From positions 1,321 through 65,320 of the forward strand of contig JBKQUY010000025.1 in assembly GCA_052325425.1 (NCBI GenBank): a DNA stretch of 64,000 nucleotides. The letters run 5' to 3'. The notes below the pieces were generated by a model. The model ran no database searches, was not told where the DNA came from, and saw only the letters and a program-made list of their open reading frames with translations. The position numbers and the translations under genes were made by a program. The number at the start of each line of letters is the position of its first letter. Within the stretch, counting starts at the first letter, position 1. Below are positions 37,515 to 49,358 of this stretch, piece by piece. This stretch comes from Bacteroidia bacterium. Its GTDB lineage: Bacteria > Bacteroidota > Bacteroidia > JABEUT01.

Positions 37515-39959
37515 ATGCAAATAAAGCAGACTGACGAATTTAATTTAGCCTATCGTTTTATCACGGAGACAAACCAAAATGTCTTCCTGACCGGGAAAGC
37601 CGGTACAGGCAAAACGACGTTTCTCAGATATTTGCGGCAGAACAGCCGGAAAAACATGGTAGTGGCTGCGCCTACTGGAGTTGCCGCCATTAATGCCGGC
37701 GGAGTTACCCTGCATTCCTTATTTCAGTTGCCCTTTGCTCCTTTTATTCCTGCCAAAGGTTCCACTCCCGAAAATGCAGTTAACTCTCATTCCCTTTTAT
37801 CACAAATCCATTATCAAAAAACCAAAATCGATTTATTGCGCAACCTCGAATGGCTGATTATTGATGAAACAAGCATGGTGGCTTCTCATACCGTTGATGC
37901 TATTGATACCATACTTAGGAGCGTAAAAAGAAAATACTATGAGCCTTTTGGCGGCACGCAGGTACTATTTATTGGTGATTTGCACCAGCTTCCACCCGTT
38001 GTAAAGAGAGAGGAATGGGAGTTCCTGAAAAACTATTATTCCTCCATTTTTTTCTTCGACAGCCGGGTTTTACAGGAATATGTTCCCGTTATGGTTGAAC
38101 TGAAGGAAATATTCCGCCAGCAGGATAATGGTTTTATTGAAATACTGAACGGAGTGAGGAATAACAGCCTTACCGCTGAACATTTTGAATTGCTGAATTC
38201 CCGCCTGAAAAGGAATTTCGTTCCAGCCGATGATAAAGGATATATTACCCTTACTACCCATAACTATCAGTCGGACGCGATAAACAAAGAAAAATTGCAG
38301 AATTTGCATAGGCCTAAGCATATATACAGGGCGGTTATTGAAGGAAATTTCCCCGAACATATTTACCCTGCCGAACAGGAACTTGAACTGAAAGAGGGCG
38401 CGCAGGTAATGTTCCTGAAAAACGATACCGAAGAAAAGAAATATTTTAACGGGAAAATAGGAACTATTACATTTTTGGATAACGAAACCATAAAAGTTAA
38501 ATGTAAAGGCGAAGAAGAAGATATTGAGGTGAAGATGTATGAATGGAAAAATATGAACTACAGTCTTAATGCCGACACACGCCAGATTGTTGAGGAAGAA
38601 CTTGGCAGCTTCAGGCAATACCCTCTGCGCCTTGCATGGGCAATAACCATTCATAAAAGTCAGGGGCTTACATTTGACAGACTGATAATTGACGCTGAAA
38701 ATGCTTTTGCCAACGGGCAGGTATATGTGGCTCTTAGCCGATGCACTACCCTTGAGGGATTAGTGCTTACATCTCCGGTAAACCAACGCTTTTTAGGCGC
38801 TTACCAAAACCTGAAGGAATGGACAGAAAGAAACCAGGATGATAAAAACCTGGAACCTCGGTTTGTGGAGGCAAGGCAAATATTTATACAACATGAATTG
38901 CAGCAAATATTTACCTGGAAAAATTGGCAATATGAACTGAAAGAGCTGAATGAAGTTATGCAGGAGAATAAAGCCAACCTGCCCGATATTTGTTTTGAGT
39001 GGTTTAATAAGCTGAGCAAAGAACACGAGGCTTTGGATGAAATTGCCGGAAAGTTCAGGGATTATATGACGGGAATATGCCGGCAAAACCCGGATGTGGA
39101 AACAAACCAGCCCTTGCAAAAGAGATTGAAGGATGCGGCAAACTATTTTTCAAAGGAAATTGGCAGGTGGAAAGAAAATTTCATGGCGCATCCCTTCGAG
39201 GTTAAAACAAAGAAGGTATCTGCTCCAATTGATGCGCCATTGGGAGAAATTGCCATAATACTTTATGAAATTCTGAGGAAGATTAATTATTGCAAAGAAG
39301 GATTTTTGTTAAAGACATATTTAGAAGATGGTAAGAAGCCTGCCGGCCCTATTGACAGAATACGTACTTCTTATATGGGTAACAGGGTTATTAATATTGG
39401 AGGAAAAGGTTCGGGGCATACAGATTTATATAATAAGATTAACGAATTAAGGAGAAAATTGGCCAGAGAGAATCACCTTTCTGAATCAAGAGTTTTTAGT
39501 AACAGAGTTATAGACAAAATATGCGAAAACCTGCCTTGCGACAAGGAATCGCTGGTGAATATCAAGGGAATTAATAAGGCTAAAATAAGCCCTTATTCGA
39601 AAGAGATAATTAAAATGGTTAACGATTATTGCGCCGGGAAAAATATTGAACCAAAGAAAATAACAGACTCTGTCGGAGAAACTCTCAGGATATTTAGAAC
39701 TGGAAAGACCATTACAGAAGTTGCCTTAGAAAGAAGATTTGCTGAGACCACCATAGAAGGCCATCTTGCCAAAGCTATAGAGAATGGACAAATATCCATC
39801 GAAGAAATAATGCCCATGGCTGAAGTAAAGACTATATCTGGCTATTTTGCTCCTGACGGAGCAACTATTTCACTCACAGGCATAAAAGAAAGAGTTCCCG
39901 CTGATGTTTCGTATGGAAAGTTGAGAATGGTGCTGGCATGGCTGCAAAAGGGGCAATGA
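37515..39959 (+). CDS. PIF1/RecD-family ATP-dependent DNA helicase with long C-terminal helical extension
   Basis: Walker A LTGKAGTGKTT. Pif1 signature region. WAITIHKSQGLTFD motif. 814 aa. Confidence 0.8.
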   Translation: MQIKQTDEFNLAYRFITETNQNVFLTGKAGTGKTTFLRYLRQNSRKNMVVAAPTGVAAINAGGVTLHSLFQLPFAPFIPAKGSTPENAVNSHSLLSQIHYQKTKIDLLRNLEWLIIDETSMVASHTVDAIDTILRSVKRKYYEPFGGTQVLFIGDLHQLPPVVKREEWEFLKNYYSSIFFFDSRVLQEYVPVMVELKEIFRQQDNGFIEILNGVRNNSLTAEHFELLNSRLKRNFVPADDKGYITLTTHNYQSDAINKEKLQNLHRPKHIYRAVIEGNFPEHIYPAEQELELKEGAQVMFLKNDTEEKKYFNGKIGTITFLDNETIKVKCKGEEEDIEVKMYEWKNMNYSLNADTRQIVEEELGSFRQYPLRLAWAITIHKSQGLTFDRLIIDAENAFANGQVYVALSRCTTLEGLVLTSPVNQRFLGAYQNLKEWTERNQDDKNLEPRFVEARQIFIQHELQQIFTWKNWQYELKELNEVMQENKANLPDICFEWFNKLSKEHEALDEIAGKFRDYMTGICRQNPDVETNQPLQKRLKDAANYFSKEIGRWKENFMAHPFEVKTKKVSAPIDAPLGEIAIILYEILRKINYCKEGFLLKTYLEDGKKPAGPIDRIRTSYMGNRVINIGGKGSGHTDLYNKINELRRKLARENHLSESRVFSNRVIDKICENLPCDKESLVNIKGINKAKISPYSKEIIKMVNDYCAGKNIEPKKITDSVGETLRIFRTGKTITEVALERRFAETTIEGHLAKAIENGQISIEEIMPMAEVKTISGYFAPDGATISLTGIKERVPADVSYGKLRMVLAWLQKGQ

Positions 39960-39997
39960 TCAATTTGCCATAATTATATATTGCTAAATCTCAATAA

Positions 39998-41116
39998 TTA
40001 TTGAAAATACTGCTTTAAGCTCAACAATGGTTTTTCAATTAAATACCAGGATATAGTTGCCAATATTACTGTGAGTAAAAAAAACATAATAAATAAGTCC
40101 GCATCACCTCTCAGGTTCTTGAAGTACACAATCAGGCCACTATTGCAATAAATTTCCATAGCAAAAGAATGGTATAAATACAGGCCATAACTTATTCTGC
40201 CAAGGTACTGAGCAGATTTACTTTCAAGAAAAAATTTAAAACCTCTCTTAAATCCATTATTAGCAGCTATTATAACAATAAAAAAGAATACAACCGAAGT
40301 CGCAAAGTTTGAAAGCAATGACTTTAAGCCGGGATTCAGATATCCGGGGTTAATAAACAGTAAAATATATGCAATTACTGAAACAACCAGGCATAATTTA
40401 TATAGCCCGGTTTTGAATGGTAATATTCTTTTCATTTGTATATAGGCTATTAAGGCTCCCAAACCCAAAGAATCGAAACAACTGAAGGTGGCGGCATTTA
40501 CCCCAAGACCATAAGGTGTAAAACATCCAAAATAAATTTTACTTAACACCCCGACTATAATCGAAAAACTTATAAAATGCAAAATCCATTTTTTAGGAAT
40601 TATAAAAATAAAAAAGGGCCATATCAAATAAAATTGCTCCTCAACAGCCAAAGACCACAAAGGCGTTTCACTACCAATATATGCGTTTTTAAAAACAATA
40701 TACCAGTTGGTGGTATAGGTTAACATATAAGCCAAAAAGTCCTTAATAGTACTATATGAGAATATGCAAAGACCAATAATAAGAAGATAATAAACCGGGA
40801 AAATCCGCAAGGTCCGTTTTATATAGAAATTTTTTAACCCTTCAGCGAAGGAAATTTTCTTTTCATGAATATCATCTTTTTTCTTTAAAAGAATAAATGT
40901 TATTAAAAATCCGCTGATTACAAAAAACAAATTAACCCCTGTTCCGAATGGAATATTGCTAAAAATAAAACTGTTGGAAAAATCAGTTGCCACCCAATGG
41001 AAAATCATTACTCCCAAAACGGCAACGAACCTTAAGCCCTCTATTTGAGGCATAAAATCAACAGACCGTTTCATCGCTTTCACTTCCATTGCTGAATAAT
41101 TATTTAGCGCGTGCAA
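39998..41116 (-). CDS. acyltransferase family 3 (membrane O-acyltransferase)
   Basis: About 10 TM helices. Conserved LRIFPVYY..., HLWSLAVEEQFY motifs. Confidence 0.8.
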   Translation of the reverse strand: MHALNNYSAMEVKAMKRSVDFMPQIEGLRFVAVLGVMIFHWVATDFSNSFIFSNIPFGTGVNLFFVISGFLITFILLKKKDDIHEKKISFAEGLKNFYIKRTLRIFPVYYLLIIGLCIFSYSTIKDFLAYMLTYTTNWYIVFKNAYIGSETPLWSLAVEEQFYLIWPFFIFIIPKKWILHFISFSIIVGVLSKIYFGCFTPYGLGVNAATFSCFDSLGLGALIAYIQMKRILPFKTGLYKLCLVVSVIAYILLFINPGYLNPGLKSLLSNFATSVVFFFIVIIAANNGFKRGFKFFLESKSAQYLGRISYGLYLYHSFAMEIYCNSGLIVYFKNLRGDADLFIMFFLLTVILATISWYLIEKPLLSLKQYFQ

Positions 41117-41261
41117 CTCTTCATATTGCCCTGTCTAACATACGTATCCGCAACAAAGGTAAAAAGTCTGAGCAGAAAGGCCTGGTTAAATCTATTGCTG
41201 TTTTCATTCCGAATAATATTTTCATTGAGCTATTGATAAAATTTGTACTACCTTTGTCCTG

Positions 41262-41335
41262 ACTTTAGGGGTGCTGTTAAGCTGAGATTATACCCTCAAG
41301 ACCTGATGCAGGTAATGCTGCCGAAGGGAAAAAGC
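41262..41335 (+). promoter_or_regulatory. TPP (thiamine pyrophosphate) riboswitch
   Basis: ttaGGGGTGCtgttaaGCTGAGAttataCCCtcaagACCTGATgcaGGTAATgctgccgaagGGAA. Contains the conserved CUGAGA, ACCUGAU and GGUAAUACC-like elements of the THI-box. Upstream of thiS-thiC. Confidence 0.85.
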
Positions 41336-41419
41336 GAGTTCCATCTCAGTTTATTATTCATTCCTGGTTACTTTAGCTAATGGCCAATGGCTGATAGCTG
41401 ATGGTTAATACATAAAAAC

Positions 41420-41623
41420 ATGGAAATAACAATAAACAATAATTCAAAAAATATTCCATCAGATTCTTTACTGCTACAAGCACTTGAAGGACTGGTCAAT
41501 CAGGATTCGAAGGGAATTGCGGTAGCAGTAAATAATGCCGTTGTGCAAAAAGCAAAATGGGAAAGCTTTACCTTGCACGAAGGTGATAATATTATTGTCA
41601 TAAAAGCTACACAGGGAGGATGA
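41420..41623 (+). CDS. thiS: sulfur-carrier protein ThiS
   Basis: 67 aa, ends ...ATQGG (C-terminal Gly-Gly). Confidence 0.8.
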   Translation: MEITINNNSKNIPSDSLLLQALEGLVNQDSKGIAVAVNNAVVQKAKWESFTLHEGDNIIVIKATQGG

Positions 41624-41667
41624 TAATAATTGTTAATTCTAAATTGTGAATTTTGAATGAGTAATAG

Positions 41668-43584
<1,917 letters not shown>

Positions 43585-43641
43585 GCCCTTTGAATAATGA
43601 ACAGCAAGGCTCTCACGAATTCCTTGAAATAAATTAGAGAT

Positions 43642-44355
43642 ATGAGTAATATCGAACAAGGAATATCGAATAATGAAATAAACAACCAGAGTGAAAACTT
43701 CGGCGTTCAGCATTCAATGTTCAATATTCGATATTCTGCCCTTAAATTAGTTGTTATATCGCCCGAAAGTACCGTTGAAAATGAAACGGAAATGGTTAAT
43801 GCCCTGTTCAAAGAAGGATTAGCATATTTTCATTTGCGTAAACCTGGTTTCACTGCTAAAGAGCAGGAGCAATATCTTTCTGAAATTGAACCAAGGTACT
43901 TGAAAAATATCACTCTGCATCAACACCACAGTATTACTTTGAATAATCAAATATCCAGGCTTCATTTTAAGGAGCATGAGAGAGAAAGCATGGATATTTC
44001 AAAGAAGAAAGCAGGTATGCTTTTTTCAAGTTCAATACATGATACTGAAAATCTCTTCTCTTGGGGAGATTCAGAGGGGCAGTCTTCTTTATGGGATTAT
44101 GTTTTCCTTGGCCCTGTATATAGCAGCATATCAAAACCGGGTTATAGAAATCAAGCTCTTGAGAATATTGTATTGGAAAAGAGAGATGGAACACCTAAAA
44201 TAATTGCAATCGGAGGAATTGATTCATCCAATGCAGAGAATGTATTAAAAAGAGGTTTTGATGGTATTGCGGTATTGGGCGCTATCTGGAATGCCACCAA
44301 CCCCCCGGTGGGAACTTTGAGCACATTTAAAACATTACAGGCAATATGCAATTAA
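43642..44355 (+). CDS. thiamine-phosphate synthase-family protein (ThiE/TenI-like, divergent)
   Basis: TIM-barrel ThiE-like motifs (YFHLRKP..., IAIGGI). Second ThiE-family gene in the operon, so possibly TenI-like. Confidence 0.6.
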   Translation: MSNIEQGISNNEINNQSENFGVQHSMFNIRYSALKLVVISPESTVENETEMVNALFKEGLAYFHLRKPGFTAKEQEQYLSEIEPRYLKNITLHQHHSITLNNQISRLHFKEHERESMDISKKKAGMLFSSSIHDTENLFSWGDSEGQSSLWDYVFLGPVYSSISKPGYRNQALENIVLEKRDGTPKIIAIGGIDSSNAENVLKRGFDGIAVLGAIWNATNPPVGTLSTFKTLQAICN

Positions 44356-45134
44356 ACAGGCCCATAGTGTTAAGTATTGCAGGATACGACCCATCAGCAG
44401 GAGCAGGGCTGCTGGCTGATATTAAAACCTTTGAGCAGCATAAAGTTTATGGTATGGGAATAATTTCATCTCTGACTTTTCAGACAGAAAATGAGTTTTT
44501 TGATGTAAAATGGATAAATGAAAAGGAGATTATTTCTCAATTAGAGAAGTATTTAAAACACTTTCAGATTAAGGTTGTAAAATTCGGGTTGATGAAAAAC
44601 TGGCGGATTTTAAATAACATAACAGGTTTAATAAAAGGCTTTAATGAAAAAATAAAAATTATTGTTGACCCGGTATTAAAGCCATCGGCAGGCAATAACT
44701 CATTTTTAGCGGGAGATAAAAAAATGATATTATCTGTATTGAATAAAATTGACCTGCTTACGCCAAACTATGATGAGGCAGTATTTTTGGGTAATAATAA
44801 AGATGGAATTGACGGGGCAAAAGAATTATCAAAATATTGCAATATATTTTTAAAAGGTGGGCATAATCCTAAAAAACCCGGTACCGATTATTTATTTACC
44901 TGTAATTGTAGAGACGCCATGCATGGCGTCTCTACAATGCATGGCGTTTCTACCATGACCCCCAATTCAACAAAAATATTTCCCAAACATGGTTCCGGCT
45001 GCGTGCTATCGGCTGCCATAACTGCAAATCTTGCTTTAGGATTTGAACTGCATGAAGCATGTAAAAATGCCAAGCAATACACTGAAAAATTTTTGAATAG
45101 CAATAAATCTTTATTGGGATACCATGTACAATAG
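44346..45134 (+). CDS. thiD: hydroxymethylpyrimidine/phosphomethylpyrimidine kinase ThiD (carries an in-frame palindromic insertion)
   Basis: VLSIAGYDPSAGAGLLADIKTF, ...HGSGCVLSAAI. About 12 extra residues (CRDAMHGVSTMHGVSTM) relative to canonical ThiD between the LFT and HG(T/S)GC motifs. Confidence 0.85.
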   Translation: MQLNRPIVLSIAGYDPSAGAGLLADIKTFEQHKVYGMGIISSLTFQTENEFFDVKWINEKEIISQLEKYLKHFQIKVVKFGLMKNWRILNNITGLIKGFNEKIKIIVDPVLKPSAGNNSFLAGDKKMILSVLNKIDLLTPNYDEAVFLGNNKDGIDGAKELSKYCNIFLKGGHNPKKPGTDYLFTCNCRDAMHGVSTMHGVSTMTPNSTKIFPKHGSGCVLSAAITANLALGFELHEACKNAKQYTEKFLNSNKSLLGYHVQ

Positions 45135-45813
45135 ATTACAATACATTTCGCAGGGTTCAACTATAAATGAGCATATCCGCAATATAAATCTTGCTTTGGA
45201 TAATGGATGCAGGTGGATACAATTACGAATTAAAGCCCCCCTTCCCCCCGAAAGGGGGATACCTGAAGGAGCAATATTTGTCCCCTCTTTGGGGGGTAGG
45301 GAGGCTGCACTTAAAGTAAAGCAATTATGCGCCTCTTATAAAGCAACATTTATTGTTAATGATTATATAGATATTGCAAAAGAGGCCGATGCTGATGGAG
45401 TCCACTTAGGGTTACAAGATAGTTCTGTTGCCAATGCAAGAGAAGTATTAGGCAGCAAGAAAATAATCGGGGGAAGCGCCAATACTTACTCCGATTGCCT
45501 TATGCGGATAAAAGAGGGCTGTAATTATATAGGCTTAGGACCTTTCAGATATACAACTACAAAAGCAAAACTCAGCCCCATACTGGGAACTGAAGGCTTC
45601 AGGAAAATCATGTCGCAGTTATCTCTTGATAAAAATGCCCCGCCGGTTTATGCAATTGGCGGCATAGTGGCAGAGGACGTTGAAGAGTTGATGGATACGG
45701 GTATATATGGGATTGCTGTTTCCGGCGTTATAACCAATGCCACAGATAAGAAACAAATTATAAAGTCATTAAATTTTAAACTGAACCAAAAGCATGTTAA
45801 CCATAGCCGATAA
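45124..45813 (+). CDS. thiE: thiamine-phosphate synthase ThiE (with GC-rich in-frame insertion)
   Basis: IQLRIK...FIVNDY...GVHLGLQD...GGIV motifs. About 13 extra residues between LRIK and FIVNDY encoded by GC-rich hairpin-forming DNA. Confidence 0.85.
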   Translation: MYNRLQYISQGSTINEHIRNINLALDNGCRWIQLRIKAPLPPERGIPEGAIFVPSLGGREAALKVKQLCASYKATFIVNDYIDIAKEADADGVHLGLQDSSVANAREVLGSKKIIGGSANTYSDCLMRIKEGCNYIGLGPFRYTTTKAKLSPILGTEGFRKIMSQLSLDKNAPPVYAIGGIVAEDVEELMDTGIYGIAVSGVITNATDKKQIIKSLNFKLNQKHVNHSR

Positions 45814-46588
45814 ATCATTTACATCAAGGTTATTTTTAGGTACCGGCAAATTTTCTTCCATGCAGGTAATGGCCGATGCAGTGCTGGCATCGGGTTCCGA
45901 ACTGGTAACTCTTGCATTAAAAAGAGTAGATACCAAAAGTCTCACCTCAAGGGGAGATTTAGAGGGGCATGCCCAGGATGACATGGTAAACTATTTAAAC
46001 CACCCTCATATACAATTGCTGCCCAATACTTCGGGAGTGAGAAATGCCAAAGAAGCTGTTTTTGCCGCGCATTTGGCCCAAGAGGCGCTTGGAACAAAGT
46101 GGCTGAAATTAGAAATCCATCCTGACCCGCGCTACCTTATGCCGGATGGGGTTGAGACGCTTAAAGCAACAGAAGAATTGGCAAAGGAAGGCTTTATCAT
46201 TTTGCCTTACATACATGCCGACCCTGTTTTATGCAAACGGCTTGAAGACGCCGGGGCCGCGGCTGTAATGCCTCTTGGCTCACCTATAGGAAGCAATAAG
46301 GGGTTAAAGACAATTGACTTTTTAGAAATTATTATAGAACAAAGTAATGTGCCGGTAATTGTTGACGCGGGTATAGGCGCACCGTCAGACGCAGCCAAAG
46401 CTATGGAAATAGGCGCCGCCGGAGTTTTAGTAAATACCGCAATTGCAGTGTCTCGTAATCCGGTAGAAATGGCATGTGCATTTAAGCAAGCTGTTGAAGC
46501 CGGAAGAACAGCCTACCTGGCCGGATTGGGAAAAATTTCAGCTACGGCATATGCATCGAGCCCGTTGACTGCTTTTCTTGATGAATAA
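45794..46588 (+). CDS. thiG: thiazole synthase ThiG
   Basis: [21 protein letters not shown]-terminus. 264 aa. Confidence 0.88.
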   Translation: MLTIADKSFTSRLFLGTGKFSSMQVMADAVLASGSELVTLALKRVDTKSLTSRGDLEGHAQDDMVNYLNHPHIQLLPNTSGVRNAKEAVFAAHLAQEALGTKWLKLEIHPDPRYLMPDGVETLKATEELAKEGFIILPYIHADPVLCKRLEDAGAAAVMPLGSPIGSNKGLKTIDFLEIIIEQSNVPVIVDAGIGAPSDAAKAMEIGAAGVLVNTAIAVSRNPVEMACAFKQAVEAGRTAYLAGLGKISATAYASSPLTAFLDE

Positions 46589-46675
46589 TGAATTGAAAAT
46601 GAGAAACGGTGAAAAATATATAGGCAGTGTAATGTCTCTCTCCTTTTACAAGGAGAGAGATAAAAGAGTGAGGAT

Positions 46676-47794
46676 ATGAATAATTTCGCGCAAATATTTG
46701 ACAGCTATAACTGGAAGGAAGTAGAGCAAAGCATTTACTCAAAGAGGGAAGATGATGTTTTGCGCGCATTGGTCTCCGATAAGCTAACACCCGAAGATTT
46801 TAAAGCCCTTATTTCTCCTGCCGCTGCCCCATTTTTAGAGCAAATGACATTGAAAAGCAGGCAACTTACATTAAAGCGCTTTGGAAATACCATACAGCTT
46901 TATGCGCCTATGTACCTGAGCAATGAGTGTAATAATATATGCGTCTATTGCGGATTCAGTTTCGACAATAAAATAAGGCGAAGAACCCTTACCATGGAAG
47001 AAATTTCAAAGGAAGCGGCTGCAATAAAACAAATGGGCTTCGATCATATCTTGCTTGTTACCGGGGAAGCTTTTCTTACAGTCAACCTGCCTTATTTTAC
47101 AAAAGCTATTCAAACTATCCGCCCTTTTTTCTCAAACATATCAATCGAGGTGCAGCCTTTGGAAGCAGAGGAATACGCTAAGTTGCACAACGAGGGACTT
47201 TATGCCGTTTTGGTTTACCAGGAGACATACAATAAGGAGAACTATAAAAATTATCACCCGAAAGGGAAAAAATCTAATTTTTATTACCGGCTTGATACTC
47301 CCGATAGGATTGGCCAGGCAGGCATACATAAAACAGGGCTCGGCGTTTTACTTGGCCTTGAAGACTGGCGCACCGATTCATTCTTTTGCGCCCTGCACCT
47401 CGATTATCTCACAAAAAAGTACTGGCAAACAAAGTACTCCATTTCATTCCCCCGGATACGGCCTGCAGAAGGCGTTCATATTGACAAGAAAAATATTACG
47501 GACAAAGAACTGGTGCAATTAATAACTACTTACCGTTTATTTAATGAAGATGTGGAGCTATCTATGTCAACACGCGAATCGCAGAAATTCAGAAATAATA
47601 TCATCAAATTGGGAATTACATCCATGAGCGCCGGTTCAAAGACTAACCCCGGCGGATATGCAGTTGAGCCCGAATCGCTTAAACAATTTGACATTGATGA
47701 TACCCGCACACCGCAGGAAATGGTTGAAATTATCAGGATGCAGGGATATGAGCCTGTTTGGAAAGACTGGTTTCAATTGAAAATGGAAAGTTGA
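46676..47794 (+). CDS. thiH: 2-iminoacetate synthase ThiH (radical SAM)
   Basis: CNNICVYCGF radical-SAM Cx3Cx2C motif. 372 aa. Confidence 0.85.
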   Translation: MNNFAQIFDSYNWKEVEQSIYSKREDDVLRALVSDKLTPEDFKALISPAAAPFLEQMTLKSRQLTLKRFGNTIQLYAPMYLSNECNNICVYCGFSFDNKIRRRTLTMEEISKEAAAIKQMGFDHILLVTGEAFLTVNLPYFTKAIQTIRPFFSNISIEVQPLEAEEYAKLHNEGLYAVLVYQETYNKENYKNYHPKGKKSNFYYRLDTPDRIGQAGIHKTGLGVLLGLEDWRTDSFFCALHLDYLTKKYWQTKYSISFPRIRPAEGVHIDKKNITDKELVQLITTYRLFNEDVELSMSTRESQKFRNNIIKLGITSMSAGSKTNPGGYAVEPESLKQFDIDDTRTPQEMVEIIRMQGYEPVWKDWFQLKMES

Positions 47795-47899
47795 AAATGG
47801 AGAATTATAAAAACATAATAATAATACGCCTTAGAAAGTGTTTATCACTTTCAATTTTCAATTTTCAACTTTCAATTATTGTTTTACTATTCACTACTT

Positions 47900-48610
47900 A
47901 TGCTTAGCCAGGCAGAATTTAACCGCTATACCAAACACCTTATGCTGCCTGAAATCGGGTATGATGGGCAGGTTAAAATTAAATCTGCGCGTGTGCTTGT
48001 AATTGGCGCCGGGGGCTTAGGTTGCCCTGTTTTACAATATTTAACTGCGGCAGGTATCGGAACTATAGGTGTTGCCGATTTTGATGTGGTTGATATGACA
48101 AACCTGCAAAGGCAGATTTTATATACAGATGATGATATTGGAAAACATAAAGCAGATATTGCTATAAATAAGATTTCCAAACAAAACCCCAATGTAAAAT
48201 TGATTCCTTTCAAAACTCTTATTGATGAGAGTAATGCACAGGATATTATCAGCCAATTTGATATTGTAATTGATGGCTCTGACAATTTTTTGACGAGATA
48301 TATTGTAAATGATGCTTGTGTCAGCTTAGGCAAACCGCTTGTTTATGGCAGTATTCTGGGGTTTGAGGCGCAGGTAGCGGTATTTAATAATATTGGGAGC
48401 AAAAATTTACGCGATATATTCCCCGAACCGCCAAATCCTGAAGAAGTGCCAAACTGTTCTGAGAATGGTGTATTGGGTACCGTTACGGGCATTACAGGTT
48501 GCCTGCTTACCCATGAAGCAATCAAAGTTATCTTAAATATTAGCCCTATGCATAATCAACTGCTTGTAATTGACCTGGTTAATTTTGGAGTTACAAGGAT
48601 TGATTTCTGA
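47900..48610 (+). CDS. thiF: ThiF/MoeB-family sulfur-carrier adenylyltransferase
   Basis: LSQAEFNRYTKHL..., VLVIGAGGLGCPVLQYLTAAGIG Rossmann motif. The ORF-track start at 47879 is TTG. ATG at 47900. Confidence 0.8.
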   Translation: MLSQAEFNRYTKHLMLPEIGYDGQVKIKSARVLVIGAGGLGCPVLQYLTAAGIGTIGVADFDVVDMTNLQRQILYTDDDIGKHKADIAINKISKQNPNVKLIPFKTLIDESNAQDIISQFDIVIDGSDNFLTRYIVNDACVSLGKPLVYGSILGFEAQVAVFNNIGSKNLRDIFPEPPNPEEVPNCSENGVLGTVTGITGCLLTHEAIKVILNISPMHNQLLVIDLVNFGVTRIDF

Positions 48611-48659
48611 CAACAGTTTTTATCTTATATTTGTATAAACCTTAACTAATAAGAATATT

Positions 48660-49328
48660 ATGAGAAAACTTTCCATATTAATTGCGGCCCTGTTATTTTC
48701 ATTTATATCGCAAGGGCAAAAAATACAGGTGCACGAATCACATGAAGACCTTGGCAAAGGCAGCAATAATGCCTTGATAGTTTCTATATATGGGGCTGAT
48801 GAAGGCGATGTGGAACACGCATGGAAATCGCTGATGAAAGATTACGGTGGCAAAGTATCATCGCTAAAAGGCGGTGTAATGTTTGCTGATAATGCAGTTA
48901 TAAAAGAAATGGGAAACAATACGGTTGATATATATGCCCGGTTTGATGTAAAGAAGGATGGCGAAATTGAACTGGTTGTTGCTTTTGATTTAGGCGGAGC
49001 CTATCTTTCTTCTTCGGCACATCCCGATAAATATAAAATAGCTGAAAAAATAATGCACGATTTTGCGTATAAAATGACTTCGGGTGCAATTAACGACAAA
49101 TTAAAAGCCCAGCAAAAGGCCTTAGATAAGCTTAACAGCCAGGAAAAGGATATTGAAAAGGACAACAAAAACCTGACGAGTGACATTTCAGACTACCAGA
49201 ACCGCATTAAAAAAGACCAGGATGCCATTGAAAAAGATAAGGATGCCATGGCTAAAAAACAGACTGAAATAAGCAACCAGCAAAAAGTAGTTGACGAACT
49301 TTCCAAAAAGGCTAAAGAAGTTCAGTAA
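48660..49328 (+). CDS. hypothetical secreted protein with C-terminal coiled-coil
   Basis: Signal peptide. C-terminal region rich in KD/QK heptad-like repeats. Confidence 0.5.
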   Translation: MRKLSILIAALLFSFISQGQKIQVHESHEDLGKGSNNALIVSIYGADEGDVEHAWKSLMKDYGGKVSSLKGGVMFADNAVIKEMGNNTVDIYARFDVKKDGEIELVVAFDLGGAYLSSSAHPDKYKIAEKIMHDFAYKMTSGAINDKLKAQQKALDKLNSQEKDIEKDNKNLTSDISDYQNRIKKDQDAIEKDKDAMAKKQTEISNQQKVVDELSKKAKEVQ

Positions 49329-49358
49329 GCAAGTAAAAAGCAGAGTTTCGAATAACGA

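Noticed and set aside
38070-39119. Minus-strand ORFs of 108-194 aa inside the helicase gene
   Set aside because: They lie entirely within and antisense to a motif-rich 814-aa helicase ORF. Their composition is AT-codon-biased and they have no motifs.
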